NCBI GenBank assembly: GCA_038562375.1
Contig: JBCFAY010000009.1
Location: 7,448-71,447 of the forward strand
Direction: 5' to 3'
Source: Bacillota bacterium
Lineage (GTDB): Bacteria > Bacillota > Clostridia > Christensenellales > CAG-138
Length of the DNA: 64,000 bases
Positions 27,434-36,418 of the stretch are shown piece by piece; the stretch's first letter is position 1; the number at the start of each line of letters is the position of its first letter. Under the pieces are notes generated by a model that had not been told where the DNA came from, searched no databases, and saw nothing but the letters and a program-made list of their open reading frames with translations. A program made the position numbers and the translations under genes.

Positions 27434-30400
27434 TCAGCGTTTTACCGCGCCGCCGTAAGAGCGGAGGATCTTCTCAAGTTCCTCGGCCGGCATGGGCCGG
27501 AAATAGAAGTATCCCTGCACCTCATCGCACATCCTCTCACTGAGGAAGTTCAACTGCGTCTCGGTTTCCACGCCCTCCGCGACGACCCTCAGATCGAGGC
27601 TTTTCGCGAGATTGATGATGATCTTTGCGATCGCCTTATCCTTATCCGTTCCCTCGATGTCGCGCACGAACTGCATGTCCATCTTGATGCGGTCGATCGG
27701 CAGCGCGCGCAGGCGGCTCAGCGAGGAATATTCGGTACCGAAATCGTCGATCGAAATCGTGACCCCCAGCGCCTTTAGATGTTCGAGCGTATCGACATAG
27801 CCCTCGCACTGCGAGCTTGCGATGCTTTCGGTCACCTCGAGATCGAGCGTCTCCGGCTTCAGGCCGGTTTCGTCGAGTATCGAGCGGACCTGCGGCACAA
27901 GCGCCGGGTTGCGAAGCTGAAGAAGCGACAGGTTTACCGATATGCGCATGGATTCAAACCCCATGCTGTTCCAGCGCAGTTTCGACCGGCACGCTTCCCT
28001 GAGCACCCATTCGCCGATGCCGTTGATCAGGCCCGTCTGCTCCGCGAGCGGTATGAAAACGGACGGCGGCACCATCGTACCGTCGGGAAGCCTCCAGCGG
28101 CACAGCGCTTCCACGCCGACGATGCTCCCCGTCTCCAGCTGGATCTGCGGCTGGTAATAGAGCATCAGTTCGTTTTTCTCCTGCGCGCGGTAGAGCAGGT
28201 TGGTCAAACGCATCTGCTCGAGCACCTCATCCTTCATGCTGCCCGAGCAGAACGCATACTGCTTTTTCCCGCTTGCCTTGGCATGATACATCGCGATATC
28301 GGCGTTTTTGATCAGCATATCCGCGTTCGTGCCGTCCTCGGGAAACACCGAAACGCCCGCGCTGGCGTTGACGAAGAAATCCTGTCCTTTGAGTGCGAAG
28401 GACTTATCAAAGATATGCATGATGCTCTCGAGCGTTTGCTGCAGACGGTCCATATCCTTTGAGCACAGCATCAGAACGAATTCGTCCCCCCCGAAGCGCG
28501 CGACCATGCTACCCACGTCCACGCAGTCGGTGAGCGCCTGCGCGATCTCGCAGAGCATCAGATCCCCGAGATCATGGCCCATGGTGTCGTTGACGCTCTT
28601 AAAGGAATCCAGATCGATAAAAGCCACGGCGAGCACGCCGCCGCTTTGCGGGTACAGCTCGATCTGCCGGGCGAGGCGCTCCCCGAACAGCATCCGGTTC
28701 GGCAGTCCGGTGAGCAGGTCGTGATAGGCGATATGGACGATCCGCTCCTGCGAACGCACCTTGATAAGCGCATCCGCGATGGTGTTGGCGATGATGCTCA
28801 AAAACTCGGCGGACTGAAGGCGCCACTGCTTCATCGGCGCCGACGCGTCGAAGCCTATGAAACCCGAAAGCTTGTTCTGGGGTTTGATCGCCGCCAGCAT
28901 CATCGCGCCGATCCGATGCGCCTGAAGCTGCGCTTTCTCCCTGGAGAAGGACGGCAGACGACCGACGTCCGGGATCTTGACGCGGTCGTTTTGCTCGAGC
29001 GCCGCAATCCATTCCCGAATCTCTACCCCGCTTATGGAAGCGATCTCCTTCCCCGCGGACGGCGCGCCGGGCTTTGCCCATTGTAAAAATCGTTCAATCT
29101 GTGCGCGGTCCTCGTCAAAGAGCACGATGTACGACCGGTCGGCCCCGAAGAATCCGCCGCAGGACCCCAGGATCTGGTAGAGCCTGTCTTCCAAAGTTTC
29201 CCCGGTCACGGAAACGAGCAGATGCGAGATGTCCGCAATGAGCTTCTGCATGCCGATCTGAAAGAAATTCTCCCTGATCCGGCGGACATAGACGTTGTTG
29301 ACGTAATAGGCGCAGGCCACGGCCAGGACGATGAGGCTGAGACGGACGATATGATCCGCCATATCGATGTTCACGATCACCGAGGGCACTGAGATCCACA
29401 GCACCAGCTCCGTAAAAAACGATGAAACACAGACTCCCAAAAGGATCGTATACTGGTTGAACAGCAGGCAGAACACCATGACGACCAGGGGCACCGCCCA
29501 GACGGTGAGCCCGCCGTACGGTATAAAGCGCAGCATGAGGTAAGGGATTACCGCCGACAGGATCGCCGCGAGCAGGAATTCCTTATCCCATTCAACCTTC
29601 ATCCTGCCGACCAGGGCGACGAACAGCCCCAGCACAGCCAAGAATACGCTTAAGGTAAGCACCGAGCCGACCTGCGTTTCCTGATAGAGCACATGCTGCG
29701 CGAGCAGATTTATAACGGCCCCGGCAAAAAACAGGATGCTGGTATATTTGAAGATATTCGTTCTGGCGGAAGCGCGCAGCATCGTTTCCTCTTCGAGGAC
29801 GGCGGACGGAACCATCATATCATACCGGCGGATCGAAACCATGATCCCAATCACCGGAATCGCGCAATAGGCGGGCAGCAGCACCGGCAGGTCGACATCC
29901 AGATACAGGTCGACCATGTGATGCAGGGTCCCCAGGAAAAACGCAAGCGCGAACGTGGTGATCAGCGTCCACGATTGTTTTTTGACCTTCGGATCGGCGC
30001 TTTTCCTCCCCCATCTCCATAAAAGCGCGACGCTGGCCACCATGAAGGCTATCTGATGCACCTCGATCAAATAGTTCCATATGCCCAGGTGCACGCTGAT
30101 CAGGGTCCAGCCGTACGGCAGATAATCGATCACATAAGCGCCCCCGCCCAAGGGCGTCGCAACGCCGTACGCAACAACCAGCGCGGCGGCGGGAAGATAC
30201 AGCAGGCTCCGCTGCCAGATATTCCATTTGTCCGCCTCGCCGATAATACTCCGCAGATAAGCAAATATAAAAGGGAAAATCGTAATGACGCCGGCGTAGG
30301 CGGCGCGAAGAAAGATCTCGGCGAGAACCTTATCGGATGCGTTTGAAGAAAGCGACTGGGCGAACGACCACAGCATCAGCGCGGCGACCGTATAGGAATT

Positions 30401-30502
30401 CGCACGCTTGGTCCTGCGATCCGTGCTGTAGGGGAAGGACGCCACAGAACTCAGCAGCGCGATAACGCCCACCGAAATCAAAAGTACCGTTTCAATAATC
30501 AT
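27434..30502 (-). CDS. Polytopic membrane / GAF / GGDEF / EAL c-di-GMP signalling protein, paralog B
   Basis: 1022 aa, same architecture as paralog A. RFGGDEF, GVEALCRW, DDFGTEYSS, EGVETETQ. Its stop is 13 nt upstream of the paralog A start. Confidence 0.9.
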   Translation of the reverse strand: MIIETVLLISVGVIALLSSVASFPYSTDRRTKRANSYTVAALMLWSFAQSLSSNASDKVLAEIFLRAAYAGVITIFPFIFAYLRSIIGEADKWNIWQRSLLYLPAAALVVAYGVATPLGGGAYVIDYLPYGWTLISVHLGIWNYLIEVHQIAFMVASVALLWRWGRKSADPKVKKQSWTLITTFALAFFLGTLHHMVDLYLDVDLPVLLPAYCAIPVIGIMVSIRRYDMMVPSAVLEEETMLRASARTNIFKYTSILFFAGAVINLLAQHVLYQETQVGSVLTLSVFLAVLGLFVALVGRMKVEWDKEFLLAAILSAVIPYLMLRFIPYGGLTVWAVPLVVMVFCLLFNQYTILLGVCVSSFFTELVLWISVPSVIVNIDMADHIVRLSLIVLAVACAYYVNNVYVRRIRENFFQIGMQKLIADISHLLVSVTGETLEDRLYQILGSCGGFFGADRSYIVLFDEDRAQIERFLQWAKPGAPSAGKEIASISGVEIREWIAALEQNDRVKIPDVGRLPSFSREKAQLQAHRIGAMMLAAIKPQNKLSGFIGFDASAPMKQWRLQSAEFLSIIANTIADALIKVRSQERIVHIAYHDLLTGLPNRMLFGERLARQIELYPQSGGVLAVAFIDLDSFKSVNDTMGHDLGDLMLCEIAQALTDCVDVGSMVARFGGDEFVLMLCSKDMDRLQQTLESIMHIFDKSFALKGQDFFVNASAGVSVFPEDGTNADMLIKNADIAMYHAKASGKKQYAFCSGSMKDEVLEQMRLTNLLYRAQEKNELMLYYQPQIQLETGSIVGVEALCRWRLPDGTMVPPSVFIPLAEQTGLINGIGEWVLREACRSKLRWNSMGFESMRISVNLSLLQLRNPALVPQVRSILDETGLKPETLDLEVTESIASSQCEGYVDTLEHLKALGVTISIDDFGTEYSSLSRLRALPIDRIKMDMQFVRDIEGTDKDKAIAKIIINLAKSLDLRVVAEGVETETQLNFLSERMCDEVQGYFYFRPMPAEELEKILRSYGGAVKR

Positions 30503-30962
30503 AAAAACCTCATGCGCGTTCCCTCATCCGAGAAAAGCGACGCGGCGCGGGAACTCTCAGGCCGATTTTACAGCTCGGTCCGGACAAGCAAATGGCATGA
30601 ATTTATAGTCTGCTTGTACAATAATATATCGCATGAAGCGCGGTATCCTTGATCAGGAAAATTGATGTTGAGATAAAAACTTATGATATTCAGCGATAAT
30701 TTAAGATAGATTCCCCAACATAGCATTTTTTTGCCGAAAAACGGGCAACCCGACTCTGCGAGCAGCAATGTCGGACCCGTAGCGCAAGCCGGCAAAAACG
30801 TGCCGGGATGCGTTTGGGCGCAGGGGTCCCGCCAAATACGAAACGCCCATATGGGCGTTTGTGATATGCTCGCAACAATCCTTTTTTTCATTGTTGAAAG
30901 CCGAATATCGCTCTCCCCGGTATCCGCACAGCCCCGGTTTGCCTCTTGACGCCGATTTACAT

Positions 30963-32234
30963 TCACGCGTAAGCGCCGAATTCGCGGGTGGCGTCCGCCC
31001 ATGCCTTCACAAGCTCCGGCTTCGCCTCATCCAGCACGGTGTTGGTGCACATGATGAAGCCGCCGTCCCTTCCCACGGTGACGATCAAGTCTTTGGTAAA
31101 TTCACGGATTCTTTCGGGCGTTTCGATCTGGAGCATGGAGGACGGCATACCGCCGCAAAGGCATAGATTGCCGCCGACGATCTTTTTGGCAAGCTTGAGA
31201 TCGGTTTTATCAAACACGCCCAGCACCTTGCCCTTGGGCAGTTCGCAAAGGTACTCAAGGCGGCTGTCCCAGCATCCCTCGAAGAAAGGCATAGGGGTAA
31301 TGCCCGCGTCGATCAGGGTAAAGAGCATATGCTTTAAATCGGGCCAATAGAAGGTTTCAAACTGCCCGGCGGACATGAACCCGTCCCCGCCGCGGTGCAG
31401 TGGAATATAAATGCGGGGGCTTTCCTCCGGACGGCGTTCCAGAGCCCGCCTGCCCGCGAACAAGGCCGAATTTTCAAACAGGGACAGCAGCTTTGCCTGG
31501 GCACAGAGCAGCTTTTCAGGGACCTTCAGCATATCGGTAAGCGCGCCGCGCATCCCCCGCAAATAGCTTGAGATCGCATCGAAGGGAAGCACCACCACCG
31601 GCGGCGTGTACGAGGCCACGTAGCCCTCTTCCTCCATTTGCGCGTGGAAGGCGTCGAACCTTTCGCCCCACTCTTTGCCGACCTTCGACGCTTCCATAAT
31701 CGCCTGTATGGCCTTTTGGATGTCCGGGTCGGCAAACATGCCCACCATGAACCCCAAGGAGTACGAACCGGAAACGACTGTCTTCAGATTGGGGAGTTTA
31801 GAGAGGCCGGCCAGATTTTCATACAGCTCTGGCACAAACCGCCGGATGAGAAAATCCGAGGGATCGTCGATAAAAGCCTCGTAATCGGCCCGCTTCATGA
31901 ATTCCTTGTCGACAAACTGGTGGGCGGCGTTTTTATCGATGCCGTGGCCCGGCCATTTCATCTGCACATTGCCCAGCAGCTCATGAACCGGGCCGGGGGA
32001 CGCCACAGGGCTGTCGGCTTGGAAAAACATGTCCGGCCGATAGGCGCGGATAAACCGGCGATTGGCCTCAAGCCACTTGTCCTGGTCGTAGTACGCGTCC
32101 TCATACGCAATGCCGTAGATTCTGGCAGGCAGATAGCTCGCCTTCATAAACAGCGGTACGCGATCGGGCGTCCTTTGAAGCTCAATGGCGTCAAACACCC
32201 GTTTTTTTCTGTCGGACCAGCTTTCCCTGCCCAT
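30963..32234 (-). CDS. Uroporphyrinogen-decarboxylase (URO-D) family protein, probable substrate:corrinoid methyltransferase (module I)
   Basis: ORF 30963..32387. I moved the start to ATG 32234 (MGRESWSDRKK), which has GGAGG 9 nt upstream and lies 1 nt after the corrinoid protein stop. 423 aa, longer than MtaA-type URO-D proteins. The family call rests on context and overall pattern, not on a search. Confidence 0.65.
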   Translation of the reverse strand: MGRESWSDRKKRVFDAIELQRTPDRVPLFMKASYLPARIYGIAYEDAYYDQDKWLEANRRFIRAYRPDMFFQADSPVASPGPVHELLGNVQMKWPGHGIDKNAAHQFVDKEFMKRADYEAFIDDPSDFLIRRFVPELYENLAGLSKLPNLKTVVSGSYSLGFMVGMFADPDIQKAIQAIMEASKVGKEWGERFDAFHAQMEEEGYVASYTPPVVVLPFDAISSYLRGMRGALTDMLKVPEKLLCAQAKLLSLFENSALFAGRRALERRPEESPRIYIPLHRGGDGFMSAGQFETFYWPDLKHMLFTLIDAGITPMPFFEGCWDSRLEYLCELPKGKVLGVFDKTDLKLAKKIVGGNLCLCGGMPSSMLQIETPERIREFTKDLIVTVGRDGGFIMCTNTVLDEAKPELVKAWADATREFGAYA

Positions 32235-32235
32235 A

Positions 32236-32868
32236 TTACCGCGCCTCCATATGCTGTTTTGCCCAGGATACGGCGGCGACGGCGGTATCGGCATACGCGT
32301 CAGCGCCCGCGTACACGCGGATATCCTCGCCGACCGCGCCGCCGCCGACGATGATTTTAACTTTATCGCGCAGCCCCGCCCGTTCAATCGCGGCCACCGT
32401 CTCCTTCATTGAATCGAAAGTCAGGGTAAGCAAGCCGCTCATGCCGACGATGTCGGGCCGCACCTGTTCGATTTTTTGCACAAACGCTTCGGGCGGCACG
32501 TCTACCCCGAGGTCGTGAACCTCAAAGCCGTTCACCTCAAATAAGAAGCCGACAATGTCCTTGCCGATGTCGTGGATGTCGCCCTTCACGGTGCCGATGA
32601 CAAATTTGCCGAGGGATTTTCCGCCGTCCGAGGCCCGCATATGCGGCTTTAGAATAGCGCTGAGCGCTTTCATGATGTCTGCGCCGAGCAAAAGTTCGGG
32701 CAAAAAGTATTCCTTGGCATCAAATCGGCGGCCGATTTCGTCCATGGCCTTCTGGCACGCGCCCAGGATCTCGGCGGCGGGAACGCCCTGTTCAAGCAGG
32801 CGCTCCGCCTGGACGACCGCGTCGTCCTCTTCCTGTTCCACAATGGCGGCAATAAGCTCTTCAAACAT
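32236..32868 (-). CDS. Cobalamin-binding corrinoid protein (module I)
   Basis: An N-terminal helical cap plus a Rossmann B12-binding domain with the DxHxxG motif (GDIHDIGKDIV). 210 aa. Confidence 0.88.
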   Translation of the reverse strand: MFEELIAAIVEQEEDDAVVQAERLLEQGVPAAEILGACQKAMDEIGRRFDAKEYFLPELLLGADIMKALSAILKPHMRASDGGKSLGKFVIGTVKGDIHDIGKDIVGFLFEVNGFEVHDLGVDVPPEAFVQKIEQVRPDIVGMSGLLTLTFDSMKETVAAIERAGLRDKVKIIVGGGAVGEDIRVYAGADAYADTAVAAVSWAKQHMEAR

Positions 32869-33089
32869 AAAAATATCCTCCCAATATGGATGTGTGCCTT
32901 AAACGCGCCGGGTATGGCCGCAGCGCAAAGCTGCGTATCCATGCCGGGCGCCGATAAGGCTCAAAGCGGCGCAGGCTTTGTTGCGATTGCCGGGGATACG
33001 CGTTTCGGCAATCATACCGGATAAGCCCGGTATCACCTTCCAAATGGATGGATGCGTTTTCGGTATTCAGTTGTAAGGTAAAGGGCGCA

Positions 33090-33109
33090 CCCGCCGGAAA
33101 ACCGGCGGG
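33090..33109 (-). terminator. Possible terminator after the importer #2 binding-protein gene
   Basis: CCCGCCGG-aaaa-CCGGCGGG is an 8-bp stem. The downstream T tract on the minus strand is weak. Confidence 0.45.
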
Positions 33110-33147
33110 CACGCCTTGGCCTCGTCTATCACGAGATAACTTTAAGA

Positions 33148-34209
33148 TCAGCTCTCGGCCAGCAGTTTGACCTGCACTTCGCCGCTCTTGATCTTGGCGA
33201 CCTGATCCTCAAGCTTCGCGATCTGGTCGGCGGTGAGGACCTTTTCGTTGTAGGTGCCGAAGATGAATGCGCCGGTGGAGGTGTTGCCCACGATCTCGAG
33301 GGAGGGGCCGAACGTGCCGTTCACATAGGCCTGGATGGCGGTAAGAATGTTGGCCTTCATGTCGACCTGGCAGGACATCACGTAGGTATCCGGAGCCATT
33401 TCAGCCTGCTTGGGCGTGGTGACAACCACGAACTTTCCGGCTTCGGCAGCGGCCTGGATGACGCCGACACCCGCGCCCTGAGCGTACTGGAATACGCCGT
33501 CTGCGCCGCTTTCAAACACGGCGACGGTGGTCTCCTTGCCCTTGGCGGCATCGTCCATGCTGCCGATGTAGGACACGATGATTTCGGCGTTGGGGTTGGC
33601 GGCTTTCACGCCCTGCTCAAAGCCGAACTGGGTACGCTTCATGGACAGGCCCTCGATGGAGGAGACATAGCCCACCTTGTTGGCCTTGGTGATCAGGCCC
33701 AGCGCGTAACCGGCCATATAGCCCTGCTCTTCGCTCTTGACATCCATGCCGATCGCGTTGTCAAGGCGCAGGCTGCTCGAGGAAATGGCGAAGCTCACCT
33801 CGGGGAACTCGGGGGCGACGGCGGTCACGGCGTCGTTGAAGTCGTTGCCGTGGCACAGGATCAGGTTGTAGCCGCGGGCGGCATAGTCGCGGATGGCGGC
33901 TTCCATCTCGGCCACGGGCACGGCCTCGGTGTAGTCTCCCTGTATGCCCAGGGTCTTGATGGCTTCCTGCAGGCCGTTGTAGGCGGCCGCGTTGAAGCCG
34001 GCGTCATTGATGTTGCCGGGCAGCAGCAGGGCGACCTTGATGTCGGCCGCGTTTGCGGGGGTGTTTTCGGCGGAAGCGGTCTGCTCGGGGGCGGCGGTGT
34101 TTTCCGCAGGCGCGGCGCTGTCGGTGGGGGCGCTCCCGGTGTTGGTGCCGCAGGCGACCAGCGCCAGAGCCATTGCGAACGCCATCAAAAGTAATACAAT
34201 TTTCTTCAT
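33148..34209 (-). CDS. BMP-family ABC substrate-binding lipoprotein, importer #2
   Basis: Lipobox LVACG and the signature VALLLPGNINDAGFN. Confidence 0.88.
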   Translation of the reverse strand: MKKIVLLLMAFAMALALVACGTNTGSAPTDSAAPAENTAAPEQTASAENTPANAADIKVALLLPGNINDAGFNAAAYNGLQEAIKTLGIQGDYTEAVPVAEMEAAIRDYAARGYNLILCHGNDFNDAVTAVAPEFPEVSFAISSSSLRLDNAIGMDVKSEEQGYMAGYALGLITKANKVGYVSSIEGLSMKRTQFGFEQGVKAANPNAEIIVSYIGSMDDAAKGKETTVAVFESGADGVFQYAQGAGVGVIQAAAEAGKFVVVTTPKQAEMAPDTYVMSCQVDMKANILTAIQAYVNGTFGPSLEIVGNTSTGAFIFGTYNEKVLTADQIAKLEDQVAKIKSGEVQVKLLAES

Positions 34210-34277
34210 AACGATTCTCCTTCTGTTTATTATAAACCACGTATTATGGTTTATCGGCTTATACGGGGATGAAACCT

Positions 34278-35210
34278 TTATTTCTCATAGGGTTTGGCCA
34301 GCGCGGCGGGCCGCGCCGAGGACTTGCCCCTCACCAGCAGCACCACCAGCAGCGCCAGCACCATGGGTATGACCAGCAGCAGATCCGTGGGAATGGGCAC
34401 TCCGAAGGCCTGCAGCCGCATTTGCAGCGCGTTGCCCGCGCCGAATATGAGCCCGCCCGCGAGGACGCCCCAGGGATTCCATTGGCCGAGTATGACGCAG
34501 GCAACCGCCATGTAGCCGCGCCCGGCGGAGATATTGTCCACAAAGACGTTCATAAAGGACAGCGAAAGGATCACCCCGGCCACCGAAGCGCAGATCCACG
34601 CGAAGACGGACATGCCGAACTTCCACCGGATCACAGGGATGCCCATTGTGGCGGAGGCCTTGGGGTGCTCGCCGATGGAGCGAATCTTCAACCCCCATGT
34701 GGTCTTGTAGAGGATGAACCATACCGCGCCCACCATGATATAGGAAAGGTAGACCAGCGGCCCGTGGCTGAAGAGGATGCGCCCGATGACGGGGATTTGC
34801 GAAAGCAGGGGGACGGGCATATCGGGGATGTTCGGCACCACCAGCGGCACGTCCAAAACGCCCCAGATCATGCGGGACAGCAGCGAAGTGAGGCCGAGGG
34901 CCAGAATGTTCAGGCCCGTGCCCACAACGGCCTGGTGGGCCGCCAGCGTAACGACCGCCCAGCCGTAAAGCATGCCCAGCACGGCGCCCGCCAGAACGGC
35001 CACCGCAAGGCCCATGAACGCGCTCTGGAACAGGGAGGAGCCGAGCACGCCGAAGAAGGCGCCAAAGAGGATGCCGGCCTCGATGCCCAGGTTGAAGATG
35101 CCCGCGCGCTCGAGCATCAGTTCGCCGACGGCGGCCAGAACGATGGGGCTTGCCATGCGGACGACGGCGTAGAAAAAATCCGTGCTGAAAATGGAAATTA
35201 GGTTTTCCAT
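34278..35210 (-). CDS. ABC transporter permease, importer #2
   Basis: ORF 34278..35234. I moved the start to ATG 35210 (MENLISIF), which has an AAGGAGG RBS. Polytopic. Confidence 0.85.
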   Translation of the reverse strand: MENLISIFSTDFFYAVVRMASPIVLAAVGELMLERAGIFNLGIEAGILFGAFFGVLGSSLFQSAFMGLAVAVLAGAVLGMLYGWAVVTLAAHQAVVGTGLNILALGLTSLLSRMIWGVLDVPLVVPNIPDMPVPLLSQIPVIGRILFSHGPLVYLSYIMVGAVWFILYKTTWGLKIRSIGEHPKASATMGIPVIRWKFGMSVFAWICASVAGVILSLSFMNVFVDNISAGRGYMAVACVILGQWNPWGVLAGGLIFGAGNALQMRLQAFGVPIPTDLLLVIPMVLALLVVLLVRGKSSARPAALAKPYEK

Positions 35211-35211
35211 G

Positions 35212-36357
35212 CTATGCCACCTCCTTGGCCGCACCCTGGCGGCGGCTCATCTCGCGCACGGCCAGGTATCGGGGAAGCTTCATCAGCGCGGGGCTGACGG
35301 CCACAAAGAAGATGATGACCCCTGAGAGGACGAGGCTCAAGCTGGTGGGCAGATTGGCCGCGCGCACCATGCCGCCCCGCCCGGCCTTGAGCGCGCCGAA
35401 CATTATGGCGGCGATGACGACGCCGAGCGGATGCTTTTGTCCGAGCATGCAGACCGCCAGGGACTCGTAGCCGTAGTTGGCCAAGAAGCCCGCCCGCAGC
35501 CGGTACTGGCTGCCCATGATCTCCGAAGCGCCCGCCATGCCGGCGAGCCCGCCGGCAAGGAGCACGATGAGGATCTGCATCCCAAAGATATTGACGCCCG
35601 AGTGCCGCGCGACCACGGGGTTTTCGCCCAAAGCGCGCAGGTCGTGTCCGAAGGACGTGCGGTAGATCAGCACATAGGCCGCAAACGCTAGAACAAGGGC
35701 GATGAGAATGCCCGGGTACAGCCGCGTGCCGTCTAAAATGACGGGCAGGCGGGCGGTATCGGCAATCAGATAGGACTGGGGCGTATAGCCCGGGGGCTCA
35801 ACCATGGGACCTTTCACCAGATAGTTGATGATGCCGCCCGCGATATCGTTGAGCAGTATGGTGACGATCATGAAATTGGTGCCGTGTTTGGCAAAGAAGT
35901 AGCCCGGCACCGCCGCCCACAGCATGCCGCCGAAGAAACCGGCCATAAGGGTGACGGGGATGTGCAAAAAGGCGGGAATGCCCGGAAAACTGGTGGCCGC
36001 CATTGTGGCGAATATGCCGCCCATGATGATCTGCCCCTCGCCGCCCAGGTTGATGATGCCCGCGCGTGCGGCCAGCGCGATGCCGAGGCCCGTGAGCAGG
36101 AGCGGGGTGGCGGTGTTGAGGGTGTTGGCGATGTTGTAGGAGCCCACAAAGGCGCTGTCGAACAGGGCGGCGTAGGCCTCAAAGGGAGAGGCGCCCTGCG
36201 CCGTAATGATAATGCCCACCACGATCAGCGCCAGCAGTATGGCAGCGACGGGCACAAAAAAGTTGAAGATGCGCTCAAACTTGCGAACCAGCGTGTCGAG
36301 CCGGTCGTAGTTTGCGGACGATCCCGTTTTCACGGGGACGGTGGCGGTCTCATTCAT
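35212..36357 (-). CDS. ABC transporter permease, importer #2
   Basis: ORF 35212..36411. I moved the start to ATG 36357 (MNETATVP), which has a GAAGGAG RBS. Polytopic. Confidence 0.85.
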   Translation of the reverse strand: MNETATVPVKTGSSANYDRLDTLVRKFERIFNFFVPVAAILLALIVVGIIITAQGASPFEAYAALFDSAFVGSYNIANTLNTATPLLLTGLGIALAARAGIINLGGEGQIIMGGIFATMAATSFPGIPAFLHIPVTLMAGFFGGMLWAAVPGYFFAKHGTNFMIVTILLNDIAGGIINYLVKGPMVEPPGYTPQSYLIADTARLPVILDGTRLYPGILIALVLAFAAYVLIYRTSFGHDLRALGENPVVARHSGVNIFGMQILIVLLAGGLAGMAGASEIMGSQYRLRAGFLANYGYESLAVCMLGQKHPLGVVIAAIMFGALKAGRGGMVRAANLPTSLSLVLSGVIIFFVAVSPALMKLPRYLAVREMSRRQGAAKEVA

Positions 36358-36418
36358 ACAGACACTCCTTCGGCATGGTAAAAGAGGACGGACGGGGCTT
36401 GCAAAAACCAAGGAAAGC

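Noticed and set aside
24106-27543. 1145-aa plus-strand ORF opposite GGDEF-EAL paralog A
   Set aside because: It is an antisense shadow. It is low-complexity and Arg/His/Asp-rich, and it spans the intergenic terminator and part of paralog B, which is implausible for a real gene.
32869-33089. Cobalamin riboswitch upstream of the corrinoid protein gene
   Set aside because: It would be expected from context. However, I could not find a B12-box (GCCACTG-like) or the conserved GGTGAAAxxCC/AGGGAA core, only generic GC stem-loops.
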